DNA from: the human T2T-CHM13v2.0 reference genome, Homo sapiens
Assembly (NCBI RefSeq): GCF_009914755.1
Contig: NC_060928.1
Direction: 5' to 3' (one strand)
Length of the DNA stretch: 64,000 nt
The notes beneath the pieces are model-generated. The model had not been told where the DNA came from, did not search any database, and saw nothing but the letters and a program-made list of their open reading frames with translations. The position numbers were made by a program, and so were the translations under genes. This document shows, piece by piece, positions 15,610 through 29,432 of this stretch. How positions within the stretch are numbered: the first letter of the stretch is position 1; each line of letters opens with the position of its first letter.

Positions 15610-16030
15610 ATATGATTTTTAAAATTTAGATATAATTCGCAAACCCTAAAATTCAGCTTTTCAAAGTATAAAATTTAGTAGTTTTTAGTATACTCACAAA
15701 GTGATGCAACCATCACCACCATTCTAATTACAAATATTTTCATCATCCCAAAAAAGAAACCGTGTACCTTATTGGCAGTCATACCCCATTTCCCCTCTCC
15801 CAAGCCCCTGTCAATTACTAATCTATTTTCTGTCTCTGTGGATTTGTTTATTCTGAATATTTTGTACAAATGGAATCATACGATATGAGATCTTTTGTGT
15901 CTGGCTTCTTTCACTTAGCACAATGTTTTCAAGATTCATTCTTGTTCTAACAGGTATCAATACATCATTCCTTTTTATGGTTAATATTCCATTGTATAGA
16001 TATGCCACATTTTGTTTATCCATTCATCCA
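15610..16030 (-). mobile_element. L1MB-like 3' end
   Basis: Antisense L1 3' UTR/ORF2 end (TCTGTCTCTGTGGATTTG...TGGCTTCTTTCACTTAGCA); the ORF 15823..16023 is L1-derived. Confidence 0.85.
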
Positions 16031-16385
16031 CTGAAGTATATAAAGTTTTGTGTTTTGTGATTTTGTGGGTTTTGTTTGTTTGTTTTTTGAGACAAGGTCT
16101 CATTCTGTTATCCTGGTTGGCGAGCAGTAGTGCAATCATGGTTCACTGTAGCCTCCACTCCCCAGGTCAGGCCATTCTCCTGCTTCAGCCTTCAGAGTAG
16201 CCGGGACTAAAGTCACACACCACTGGGCTTAGCTAATTTTGAAAAAATTTTTTATAGAGACAGAATCCTGCTAAGTTGCCCAGGTTGGTCTCAAACCCCT
16301 GGGCTCAAGTTATCTCCTCCACCCCTACCCCACTTCAGACGCCCAAGGTGCTAGGATTATAGGCATGAGCCACCGCACCTGGCCT
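16030..16385 (-). mobile_element. Alu (AluJ)
   Basis: Antisense, diverged; ATAAAGTTTT on both flanks. Confidence 0.9.
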
Positions 16386-16420
16386 GCAGTCCATAAAGTT
16401 TTAATGAAATAAGAGTAGTC

Positions 16421-16759
<339 letters not shown>

Positions 16760-17266
16760 CTACTTTTCCTACTCCCCAAAGGAAGCCACTTTCTAGTCTT
16801 TTGGTTATTTTTCCTGGTATTTACCTGCGTTTCTATATATCATCTTTATACTCCTATTTATTTATAATTTATATATGTATTTATTATATTCTTACTTTGA
16901 GAGATGATCATGCATCATTTTTATACCTCTTCACATACTTATTCTTTCTTCTTCCTTTCTCTTAATAGTTACCTGGACAATTTTCGGTTGAATTACTATT
17001 TAGCAGTTAGATTACTGTGACCATGCCAAAGAATAGTCACTGCTGAGCCAAGAATTATATCCCTGTTACTTTTGCTTTTCTGAACTGGGAGAATCACCTC
17101 TCTTCCTGATCTCTCATGGGGAAATGCCACAGGGCCCAGGACTTTGGCTGCTGCTTTCCTCTGTCTACACTCCCTCCATAGCCATCCTCATGGCTTAAAT
17201 AGTAATCATGTGCTTATGACTCCTAAATTCATACTGCCAGCCTGGTCTTCACCTGAATTCCAGTCT

Positions 17267-17646
<380 letters not shown>

Positions 17647-19454
17647 TGAATTCCGGTCTTGAGTTGTTTTGCCCAAAGCTGACTTGACATTTGCTCTTGG
17701 ATGTCTAACAGGCACCACGTACTTAAATTGTCCAAAACAGACCCATTTCCCCTCCTGGTGAGCCACAACCTTCACCATCTCAGTAAATGGCACTGCTATT
17801 TTTCCAGTTGGTTCATCCCCAAGCCTTGAAAAGATCCCTTTCTTGTTTTTCCTTTCGTACCCTATATCCAATCCACAGAAAATTCTGCTAACTCTATTAT
17901 CAAAATATATCCAAAATCCAACCACTTCTCACCATCTCTACTAGTACCTTCCCAAAGCCAGAACAGCAGCATCATCCCTCATGGTTGTTACTGCAATAAT
18001 CTCCTGATGGGTCTCCCTCCTGCCTTCCTGGCCCCCTGCAGTTTTAGACATCAGTCATTTTCACATCACCCCTATAGCCAAATCTCCCCAGTGATTTCCT
18101 ATGTCACTCAGATAAAAGGTGGTGTAAGATCTGGCTCTGCTATCTTTGACCTCATCTCCTTCCACTCTCGCCTTCCTCACTCTGTTCCAGCAGCACTGGC
18201 TTCCTCGACATACTTGGAACTTTCTAAGTTCATTCCAAGCTCAGGGCCTTTCCCCTTGCCATTCCTGCCTCCTGGAATGCTTTGCTCCCAAATAGCAGCA
18301 TGACTTGCTCCCTTTCTTCTCAAAAGTCCTACTGGCTCAAATGTCACTTCATTGGAGTGGTTGTCCCTGATCAGCTTGTATAAATCAACACCCTACTATG
18401 ACTCTCTCTATGCCTCTTATCCTGCTTTATTTCTCCCCATGATATCTATCACCCCCTGACACATTACTTATTTATTTATTGTCTGCTTTCTTCCTGTGGA
18501 AGGCAGGGATGTTGTCTGTTGTGTGTGCTATCATATCTCTAGTGTCTAGAATGTGCCTGGAATACAGTAAGCACTCAACAAATATTTGATGAGTAAATGA
18601 ATTAATAGGAAGTGTCAATAAATGCATGTATTCAATCTACAAGTTGAATTTAGAAGCAGAGTTTCATATTCTGCATTAAATTCCATGTAGCTTCTCCTTA
18701 TAAATGCATCCTTAGTCAGTAGGACTCCGTGTTTAAGTATCTTTCTCTCCACTAGAATGAAGCTTTTCAGAGGAATTCTCAGTGCCTGCCTCAGAGGCTA
18801 CCCTCAATAAAATGTTTGCGGGACTGTGCCACCTTAGAGAGCTAAAGAATTAATGGACATAACTGCTCATTAGAGTCACATGTTGCCCATCCCTAAAATA
18901 TGTTTAGGAGTGAATGTAATACATCAAAGAAAGATGATTCCAAAACCTCATTCATCCATTCATTCATCCATTCAACAGTTATTGATCACATATGTATTAA
19001 GTACCTTCTCTGTGAAGTTTCTAGTTCCTAAACACTTTCTATTCTTGTGTCTAAATTACCACTCAATTCTCCCCCTCCTAGTGATCTAAAGCATTGTTTC
19101 TGGTTCTGACCTCAGTGGAGCTGGGGAACAGCTGGATACCAGCATCTACCTAATCACCCTTCATCCCTTGGCAACTGTTAAGACATGCCAGGATGCTCTT
19201 TGCTGATGCCTGTCAAATTTAAAATGGGAACACTGGGTATTCAATATAGAGGCCTTGACATTTAAAATACCTGACCCTTCTTTCTCAGCCTGAGAGAAAT
19301 GCCTGGTTGTTGACATTCAGGGTCCAGCACAGGCCAGCCATCCTTCCTTGGGGCTGGTGTTTGGTTTGGTGGGTTGAGTTCACAGACAATGAGCATATTT
19401 TCCTAAGTCATCAAAGCAGGAGGAACCCACATCCTTGGAAGTAATTTATGGTAG

Positions 19455-19817
<363 letters not shown>

Positions 19818-19854
19818 CTGGAACTTGAATTCTATTCAGCTGGTATAGAACTAT

Positions 19855-20177
19855 CTTATTTTATTTTATTTATTTTTTCTTTTTTTTTTTTTTTGAGACG
19901 GAGTCTCACTCTGTTGCCCAGGCTGGAGCATGGCGACGTGATCTCGGCTCACTGAAACCTCCGCCTCCCGGGTTCAAGCAATTCTCCTCCCTTAGCCTCC
20001 CGAGTAGCTGGTATTACAGGCATGCGCCACCACGTCAGGCTAATTTTTTTGTATTTTTAGTAAAGATGGGGTTTCACCATGTTGGTCAGGCTGGTCTCGA
20101 ATTCCTGACCTTAAATGATCCACCCGCCTCGGCCTCCCAAAGTGCTGGTATTACAGGCACAAGTCATCACTCCTGGA
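19855..20177 (-). mobile_element. Alu (AluS)
   Basis: Antisense full dimer, in tandem with the previous Alu. Confidence 0.95.
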
Positions 20178-21376
20178 CAAATGGAGCAATTTTAAAATGT
20201 GGGGAAAGAAATTAGGCCAAATTGGAAACAAAGCTCCCAAGTCATATAGGAGTGCTGTTTTGTTGTCAGGACTTTGCAATTTCTCTACAGAGTCCCTGGC
20301 TCCTTGCACATTCTTCCAGACTTCTTGCTTTGGTTGGAATGAAAAGGCGTCCTTGGAATGAGTTTCCTGAAACTCTTCTCACTGTGTTACGTAAACAAAC
20401 CAGTTTTATAAGAAAAGTGCCATGGGAGCCTTTTCCAGGATAGGTCAGAGGTCAAGCAAGGAGGACAATTAACAATAATATTTTGCAACATTTATTCACT
20501 GTTTTTGTTAGCATCATTTTAAAAAGCTGAGCACTTGCAGGTTAAAGATATGTTTCCTTCAAGAAAACAAGAGGCAAAAGTTTGTTCTTTAGAAATTTTT
20601 TTTTAAAAACCCTCAGAGACTAACTCTTTTAACTCAAGGAGGAAATCTGAAAAAGCAAGTTCCCCTGTTGTACTTGAGTGTTCAGTTTGCACATACGGGT
20701 TTACATACACACACTCTCTCACACAATTTGATTTATACCCGGCTTTTTGTTTGTTTTTTTTCCTCTGGTTCAAAGGTATTGTGTAAAAGGAAGCTATAGA
20801 CATTGATTTGCCTGTGGGACATTAGTAGGGGAAATGGGCTCATCTGCCTGGAAGGGTGAGCGGGGATTTCAGGATATAGAACTGACTGGGACCTGATTCC
20901 TATCAGATACATTTGCCCGTGAAATGACCCATTCAGCTGTAATGAGGTAGAGTTATTGCCGGTGGCCAGATTGTTGGGAGATCTCCCTGGAGCCGCTCAG
21001 GGACCTGCGGGTGAGGTGGGTGAGGTGAGCATTGGATGGGTTCCCCACACAGCTCCTGGGTTAAACTGGAGTCTTTTGTTTTCCTCTGGGAAGTTGGCTC
21101 AAGCCTTCGGAACCTTGCATGTGGCCAGTTCCCCTGCCAAGTGACTCGTCCTTGGGAAGGAATGGGCTGTAAACACAGGGACAGCCCAGGTAGGACACAT
21201 GGTTTGTAATTTTTAACTAACACTGTGTTTCTCCCGATATGCCCAGCCTTTCTTCAGAATCATTCTTTCCTTTTGACCTCTTTCTACTAGGAGTGACTGT
21301 CTTTTTCTCTCTTTAAAGTATTTTCAAAATCCTGTGTTCTTTATCCTAGCTTTCCAAGTTTTACACTGTTCCCCAT

Positions 21377-22476
21377 TGTTTCAGGGAAGAACACTCTCAA
21401 ACTGCGTTTTTCCTCTGCTCTCAAACCACAACAGAAGACTTCTGTGACCAAAGATGTGGGGGTTTTTCCCCACGCACCAAGCAACAGAGATGGCTTGGTG
21501 GCCTCCAATTCAGTTCCGACACTATCTACCCAGAGATAATGTCAGATCCCACAGGTTGAGCGCTCAGTCCCACAAGACCTGTTCCCCCAATCCCCAGTCT
21601 CAAGTCCAAGCCTCCAGCACTTCTGACTCAGTGGCTTCAGGTTGGGGTTCCCACAACCCCCTCTTCAGGTTTGATTAATTTGCTAGAGCGGCTCACAGAA
21701 CTCAGGGAAACACTTACTTATGTTTACCAGTTTCGTAAGAAGAATATTTTATTTTATTTTATTTTTTTAAGAGATGGAGGTCTCACGATGTTGCCCAGGC
21801 TGGTCTTGAACTCCTGGCCTCAAGAGATCCCCTCCATCTCAGCCTCCCACAGTGCTGGGATTACAAGCATGAGCCACTGCACCCAGCCCTAGAAGGATAT
21901 TTTTAAAAGTACAAATAAACAGGCAGACAAAGAGGTACATCGGGGAGGACTGGAAGGGTGCTAGGCACAGGAGCTCCTGTCCTCATGAATTTGGGGCGTT
22001 CCACCTTCCTGGGTGCATGAGTTCTGCTATGCCTTCCTGTCAGCCTCCATGTATTCAGCTCTCCAGAAGCTCCCCAAAGCCTGTCCTTTGGGCCTTTTAT
22101 GGAGACTTCATCAGTTGTCTGTGATGGAAGCATGGACAAATGTGAGGAAATGAGATTGGGCAAAAAGAGTGTGATCTAAACCCAGCAAGACCTGTCTGTT
22201 CAGATTCTTCTTAGCCTCTCTGTGCAGAATTTCTTCCTCCAGATTACGGGGCAGGACCCTCTTTAGAATGAGGGTCATAGGACCCACAATTAGGTTAGAG
22301 TCCTGCCTTGGGCAGGTGAAAGGAGGATAGGAGAAGGTCAGAGAGAGGTATTTTGTTTCCTGAGCCCTGAAGTGCCCCCAACATTATAACAAAAGACTGT
22401 AACAATGGCTATGAGAGTTAGGAGCTAGCAACCATGGACAAAAAATGATATTTATTAATATAATCATAATATCCCA
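21377..22476 (-). mobile_element. MER21-like LTR split by an Alu monomer
   Basis: MER21-type motifs ACACTATCTACC...CAGATCCCACAGGTTGAG...GCTCAGTCCCACAAGAC and GCTCACAGAACTCAGGGAAACACTT. Confidence 0.75.
21746..21888 (-). mobile_element. Alu monomer (FLAM-like)
   Basis: Single antisense left arm with T tail. Confidence 0.85.
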
Positions 22477-22994
22477 TCCATCCTACCCACCAGTTCCAGA
22501 TCAGAATGTTCCACCCGCCTTGTGCCCTCAATTTCTATTTGAATCACATTTCCTCTTAGCAAGAATGCAAGCAGGTTGGGGATCTTTTGGACTGAGCCCT
22601 CCAAAGACCATGAGCAGTCAGGTCACCCATTGATACCTAACTAGACAAGCACTGTTTTTGATGCAGATAAATAATAAAGAAAAGAAAAGCAGCACATCTT
22701 AGGGAGTTAAGCAACAGAAACAGGTGACTGCAAATTCCTTTCTTAACTCTACCATCAACTCCCTGTATGACCTTGAGTTTTTAAGACTTATCAGGAATAT
22801 AGAGAACCTCAGATAACTTCCTAGGGCTATTTTGAACAATACATATTAATTAATTGGTTAAATAATGCAGTGATTACAAATCATTTTGTATATGCAGAGC
22901 TTTCACTAAGTAATTCTGCATGACTTACTAAATGACTGAACTAAAAGCAATGGAGTGAAGTTCACATTGTTTTTTTCGCTATATAATGAAAGCT

Positions 22995-23540
22995 AACAAA
23001 TATTAAATGTTTATTATATACCAGGTGCTTAGCTTAGATGATCTCGTTTAATTTTTCCCAACAGCCCTAAGTTGTCAATACTTTTGTTTTTCCCATTTTA
23101 GAGACGAGGACACTGAGGCACAAAGAAGTTAAATAACTTCCAAAAGTCTTGCAGCCAAAAGGAGCCAGAACGAGGATGTAGACTGTCATAGTTCATTTTT
23201 AAAGTTGATGCTTTTACTCATTCTGCCATAATGCTCACATACGTCTGTAAGTCTCTCAAACCATTGCAGGAAAGTTTTGACAATTCTTTCTTTAAAACAT
23301 TCAGTCCCATGGATGAAATAATGAATAACTAGCACTTACTGAACAATTACTATGTACAACTGCACATATTAAACCATTTAATTTTGACATTAACCCTATG
23401 AAGTTGGCATCGATATTATTCCCACTTTAAAGATGAGGCACACAGATGTTAAGAAACTTGTCCAAGTTCCCACAGCTAGCAAGTGGCAGAGGCCAGCTTT
23501 GAACCCTGGGCTGTCTGGGTTCTGAGTTCATGCTCTTTAT
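22995..23540 (-). mobile_element. Two tandem MIR fragments
   Basis: CCCATTTTAGAGACGAGGACACTGAGGCAC and CCCACTTTAAAGATGAGGCACACAG cores. Confidence 0.7.
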
Positions 23541-23734
23541 CAAGAAATATGCCCAATAAATGACTGAAAGTGTAGGGCAGCATGTAGAATGCTGTTATGG
23601 ACTCAAGGAGTAGACTTGGCCACTAAACTAACTGTGTGACCTTAGGCTTGAGTTTCTTCATCTGAAAAATAGATGTTCTCCCTGACCCTGCCAGCTTTAT
23701 AATTCTGTAATTTAACATGTGTGAATTTCTTTAT

Positions 23735-24046
23735 CTTTTCTTCTTTCTTTCTTTTTTTTTTTTTTTCTTCAAGGTCTGACTCTAATTGCCCAGGCTGGAC
23801 TGCAGTGGCACAATTTTGGCTCACTGCAAACTCTGCCTCCCAGGGTCAATTGATCCTCCCACCTCAGCCTCCTGAGTAGCTGGGATTAGGAGTGTGCATA
23901 ACATATCCAGCTAATTTTTCTATTTTTTGTAGAGATGGGGTTTTGCCAAGTTGCCCAGGCTAGTCCTGAATTCCTGAACTCAAGCAATCCATCCTCCTTG
24001 GTCTCCCAAAGTGTTGGGATTACAGGCGTGAGCCACCACACCCAGA
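23735..24046 (-). mobile_element. Alu (AluJ)
   Basis: Antisense diverged dimer. Confidence 0.9.
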
Positions 24047-24460
24047 CATGTCTGCATTTAGTAATAAGAGTCCAGAGACAACCATTGCAGTTTCAGAAAC
24101 AAATGGGTAGAAAAGATCGGTTTTAGGAATTTGAAAAGAGGCAGGAAGGATACACAGGTTTGGAGTTTCATTCAGGAGCCCTGGGATGCCGGAATCCAGA
24201 AGTGCTAGGGAGACTTCAAGGAGATGAAGCTACTTGGCAAGAGAACAGCATCTTGATTCCAGCAGGAGAGACAGCTGATGTGGCTTATGGAGATATGAAC
24301 AGAGGGGCCCCACTGGATTCATCTGGAGCAGAGGTGCCAATGGAGAGGAAGGGGGGAAGAAGTGCAGTGTAGTAGACAACACTGGCATTGTGTTTTGTGA
24401 ACTGGGTCCTGATATTGGGGAAAGAGTAGCCACAAATCCATTATTCTTAAAATTCAAGGT

Positions 24461-24783
24461 TTTATTTATTTTTATTTTATTTTACTTTATTTTGTTTTAT
24501 TTTATTTTATTTTTGAGACAAAGTCTTGCTCTGTTGCCCAGGCTGGCATGCAGTGGTGCTAACCCTAATCCCACTCCAGGTTCAAGCAGTTCTCCTGCCT
24601 CAGCCTCCCGAGTAGCTGGGATTACAGGTGCACACCACGACGCCTGGCTAATTTTTGTATTTTTAGTAGAGACAGGTTTCACTATTTTGGCCAGACTGCT
24701 CTCGAACTCCTGACCTCAGGTGATCCACCAGCCTTGGCCTCCCAAAGTGCTGGGATTACAGGCATGAGCCACCAAGCCCGGCC
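24461..24783 (-). mobile_element. Alu (AluSx-like) with an internal deletion/replacement
   Basis: Antisense Alu, (TTTTA)n tail, TAAAATTCAAG on both flanks; consensus disrupted at ~24560-24577. Confidence 0.95.
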
Positions 24784-25520
24784 TAAAATTCAAGTTTTAT
24801 GGTCAAGGCAGCATATAAAGAGCACCCCTAAGGGCTTTGCGGTGGGAGAGACAAGGTTTGTTCCCTCCTCCACCACTTTTTAGCCTGGGATCCTGAGAAA
24901 GTGCCTTAATATTCTCCTTGGTAAAATAAGGATCATACAGACACTGAAGAGGGACTCAGTAAATGCTATTTTCCATCCCAACGGGCCAGGACGGCTTCTA
25001 CCCAACCCCACCGTAAACCTAAGAAAATCAAAACCCAACTAACTCCTAGCAGTCAGGAAAATCTTTGACCTTGAAGAGGAATGAAGATGTCATGTTTACT
25101 CCTGTTGCTCCTCTCAAGTTGCTGTAGATTTCTCAGAGAGCTTAGCCCTGATCTTGGAGAGGCAGGGATGGGAGTACAGTGATAGGCAGCAAAACAAGCA
25201 ACCCAAAATTAAAAGAGATGAACTTGCTCCCTATGGTAAGTACGGGAGGGTTCTAACAACATCGGAACAGGGGTTTCCCTTCCTCAGTCCTGTTTCCTCA
25301 CCGCCATCCCAGGTAGAGTCAGCTAGGCAGATGCTGGCCAATGGCTGACCCACTTCAAAGGGCTGTTCAGAGAATGATATTTGCTTATACAGCTTCTCAG
25401 GGTCCCCCAAATGGAAGAAACATCAGGCTTAACGTCACTCCAGGGCAAAAGTGGGGAGATGAGAGTGTCACATACATAGATGCACGAGGACAAGAGGGAG
25501 AGAGTGGAAAAAGCCGACCT

Positions 25521-25963
25521 ACATTAGCTTCCTATGGTTGCTACAACAAATTACCACAGACAGTGGCTTGAGACAACATAAATTTATTATCTCACGGCTC
25601 TTGAGGTCAGAAAGCTAAAATGGGTTAGCAGGGCACCACTCCTTCTAGAGGCTCTAGCGGGTAACTCGTTTCTTTGCCTTTTCCAGCTATTAGAGGCTGC
25701 CTGTGTTCCTTGACTATGGTTTTAAATCATTCCTACCTCTACTTCCTCTTCACATCTCTGACTCTGACTCTTCTGTTTCTCTCTTGCAAGAAGCCTTGTG
25801 ATTCCCTTGGGTCCATCTGGGTAATCCAAGATGTCTCCCTATCTCAAGATACTGAATTAAATCACATCTGCAAACTCGCTTTTGCCATGTGAAGTTAACA
25901 TGTTCACAGATTCTGGGGATTAGGATGCAGACATCTTCAGGGTACCATTATTCAGGCTACCAC
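25521..25963 (-). mobile_element. MLT1C-like solo LTR
   Basis: ACAAATTACCACA...AAATTTATTATCTCAC...GGGATTAGGATG...CCATTATTCAGGCTACCACA. Confidence 0.8.
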
Positions 25964-26234
25964 ACTACCTAAATTTTGGTATCCAAAAATTTGGTTCATC
26001 TCCCTATTAATTTGTGACCTCAAACAAGTCACTTCTCTCTAACCTTGCCATCTATATCAGTAGCAGTATTTTACTTGATTTCTTTACTTTGAGGGTTTAT
26101 GGGGTAATCCATATAAAATGTCTACCACTGAGCCTTGCATGGTGTAAGTGCTAGTTCCCCTCTCCCTTCTCTACCACATGAGTTAACATTGTGGAGATGA
26201 TGGTTGGGAAAGGGCACTGGGACTCTTGCCAGCT

Positions 26235-26639
26235 GTCGCAGGCTGAATTCCTGAGAAAATTGACTTTGCAATGGAGATATGCATGCAGAAAGTATATTAA
26301 GGCATGGTCTTAAGGTGGACACCTGTACGGGGTGTGAAAGAAGCAGGACTTGGCAGAGGGAGAAGCTGGGCTGCCATGAAAAGGCAACAGAGGCCCATGG
26401 GGAACTCAGAGTTGACTCAAATTAGGACAAGGGGCCAGGCTTTTACATCCCTCCATGAACTAGTCATTATATGTGAGTTGCCCAGAGAGGGCCATGACAT
26501 TGGCCAAGGTGGCTCTCTCCCATGGAGACAATCCTGGGGGGGAGGGACTCATCCGTGACCTACACTTCCAGCAGCTGGGGGAATGCATGCCCCAGTCATG
26601 CAGCAAAGACCTGGAGAATGTCCCATAGCATCCACTACA
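26235..26639 (-). mobile_element. LTR16-like ERVL LTR
   Basis: GAAGCAGGACTTGGCAGAGGGAGAAGCTG...AGCATCCACTACA. Confidence 0.65.
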
Positions 26640-27109
26640 GCAGCTAACCCTCTTGGCTCATTAAGTGAAGACCAGAGAGAAAACAGAAGGTAAGTGTCCT
26701 AGCAAGGCTATATACCTCAGAGGTTCAGGGGTTTTGCTCCCAAGCAGGTAAGCCTGAATTCAAATCCCTTCTTCCCATTGTATGATTTGGGACATGCCCT
26801 TTAACATCTTTGTGTCTCAGCTTCCTCATCTCTAATTTAGAGGATTTATCTCATAATTATTGTAAGGATTAAAAGGATAGTCAATGTCTCTGCAACCATG
26901 GACAGTTGGTCCCATACATGTTAGATTTTGTGGTTAATAGCATTCTCAGAACCCCTTGCCTACTTGTCCTTTTTGGCTCAAATCTAGGTGTTTAAAATAG
27001 GGGCTGGAAAGAAAAAAGAAGACTCCTACAAGAACACTCATCATGATTTAAGACATGTTTCAGTAAAGACAGGGATCGGGGGTTGGAGGGTGGGAAGAGG
27101 GGTTGTTAA

Positions 27110-28362
27110 TGAGAGGTGACAGCGTGCTGGCAGCCCTCGCAGCCCTCCCTCACTCTCGGCACCTCCTCTGCCTGGGCTCCCACTTTGGCGGCACTTGAGG
27201 AGCCCTTCAGCCCACTGCTGCACTGTGGGAGCTCCTTTCTGGGCTGGCCAAGGTTGGAGCCGGCTCCCTCAGCTTGCAGTGAGGCGTGGAGGGAGAGGCG
27301 AGAGCGGGAACCAGGGCTGCCGGCAGCACTTGCGGGCCAGCTGGAGTTCCGGGTGGGCGTGGGCTTGGCGGCCCCGCACACGGAGCGACCGGCTGGCCCT
27401 GCTGGCTCCGGGTAATGAGGGGCTTAGCACCCGGGCCAGTGGCTGTGGAGGGTGTGCTGGGTCCCCCAGCAGTGCCGGCCCACCGGCGCTGCACTCGATT
27501 TCTCGCGGGGCCTTAGCTGCCTCCCCATGGGGCAGGGCTCCGGACCCGCAGCCTGCCATGCCCGAGCCTCCCTCCGCCCCTTGGGCTCCTGTGTGGCCCA
27601 AGCCTCCCCCACGAGCGCTGACCCCTGCTCCACGGCTCCCAGTCCCATTGACCACCCAAGGGCTGAGGAGTGCAGGCGCACAGCGCGGGACTGGCAGACA
27701 GCTCCACCTGCAGCCCCAGTGCGGGATCCACTGGGTGAAGCCAGGTGGGTTCCTGAGTCTGGTGGGGACGTGGAGAACTTTTGTGTCTAGCTCAGGGATT
27801 GTACACGCACCAATCAGCACCCTGTCAAAACGGACCAATCAGCTCTCTGTAAAATGGACCAATTGGCTCTCTGTAAAATGGACCAATCAGCAGGATGTGG
27901 GTGAGGCCAGATAAGAGAATAAAAGCAGGGTGCCTCAGGTAGAAGTGGCAATCTGCTCGGTCGTCTTCCACGGTGTGGATGCTTTGTTCTTTCACTCTTT
28001 GCAATAAATGTTGCTGCTGCTCACTCTTTGGATCCACACTGCCTTTGTGAGCTGTAACACTCACCTCGAAGGTCTGCAGTTTCACTTCTGAAGCTAGTGA
28101 GACCACGAACCCACCAGGAGGAATGAACAACTCCAGACGCACCGCCTTAAGAGCTGTAACACTCACCGCGAAGGTCTGCAGCTTCACTCCTGAGCCAGCA
28201 AGACCACAAACCCACCAGAAGGAAGAAACTCCGAACACATCCGAACATCAGAAGGAACAAACTCCAGTCACGTGTCCTTTAAGAACTGTAACACTCACCG
28301 CCAGGGTCCACGGCTTCATTGTTGAAGTCAGTGAGACCAAGAACCCACCAATTCCGGACGCA
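27110..28362 (+). mobile_element. LTR12C (ERV9) solo LTR, complete
   Basis: TGAGAGGTGACAGCGTGCTGGCAG start, CpG-rich U3, CCAAT repeats, AATAAA at 28003, U5 GCTGTAACACTCACC repeats, CCAATTCCGGACGCA end; 4-bp TSD TTAA (27106-27109, 28363-28366). Confidence 0.95.
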
Positions 28363-28366
28363 TTAA

Positions 28367-28495
28367 GAGCACACAATCTGGAGCCAAGCCGTCTAGGTGA
28401 GATTCCCAGATGTGCCACTAACTAGCTGGATGACCTTGCAGGTCATTGTGAGAACTAAATAAGAGAAAGCAAGTAAATCTCATAAGACACTGCCC
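28367..28495 (+). mobile_element. MIR fragment into whose 5' end the LTR12C inserted
   Basis: TTAAGAGCAC...TCTGGAGCC...TGTGCCACTAACTAGCTGGATGACCTTG. Confidence 0.55.
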
Positions 28496-28984
28496 GACAC
28501 ATACTAGGTGCCATATGTGTTATAATAGTATTCTTGAACTACAGTATAATCCACAAAGGCAACATTGAGGGAAGATTCCAACCTCAAAGATTCTCCAAGA
28601 AGTTTAAAACACTGTAGATACACAAAACGGATTCCTAAAGTTGGCTACAGACCCTCTGTTTCATCTGTTACCAGGTTAATCCTTCGCTAGCACCAATTCT
28701 TTGGATTATGTATTTAATCATTTACAGTTACAACAGAATGGTCAAAGAGGATGATGTTTTCTATAGTTTCAGGGGGCATTAAGTGGAGAAAAGAGGTTCA
28801 GGAAAAATGATTCTAGGGATCAGCTAAAAGAATATGTATTCCTTGAGAATCCTGCCTGCCCCCACCCCCATAAAGGTAAAATAGAGTAAAGGTAAAAAAA
28901 GGTAAAAGAGTGTGGTAAGGTAGGCTGAAGTCTCCATGCATTATATGATCTTTTCATAATTGTTTTTTCCTACATGAAAAATTA

Positions 28985-29432
<448 letters not shown>

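Noticed and set aside
15675-16023. ORFs resembling a protein C-terminus (also 48987-49313 and 59835-60123)
   Set aside because: Decayed L1 ORF2/3' UTR remnants
28049-28310. Regularly spaced repeats (GCTGTAACACTCACC, ~100-130 bp apart) superficially like a repeat-spacer array
   Set aside because: Normal LTR12 U5 tandem units with homologous interiors; not CRISPR-like, and the DNA is human
27106-28425. Stack of ORFs up to 239 aa on both strands
   Set aside because: All lie within the GC-rich LTR12C; a typical artefact, not gag/pol/env
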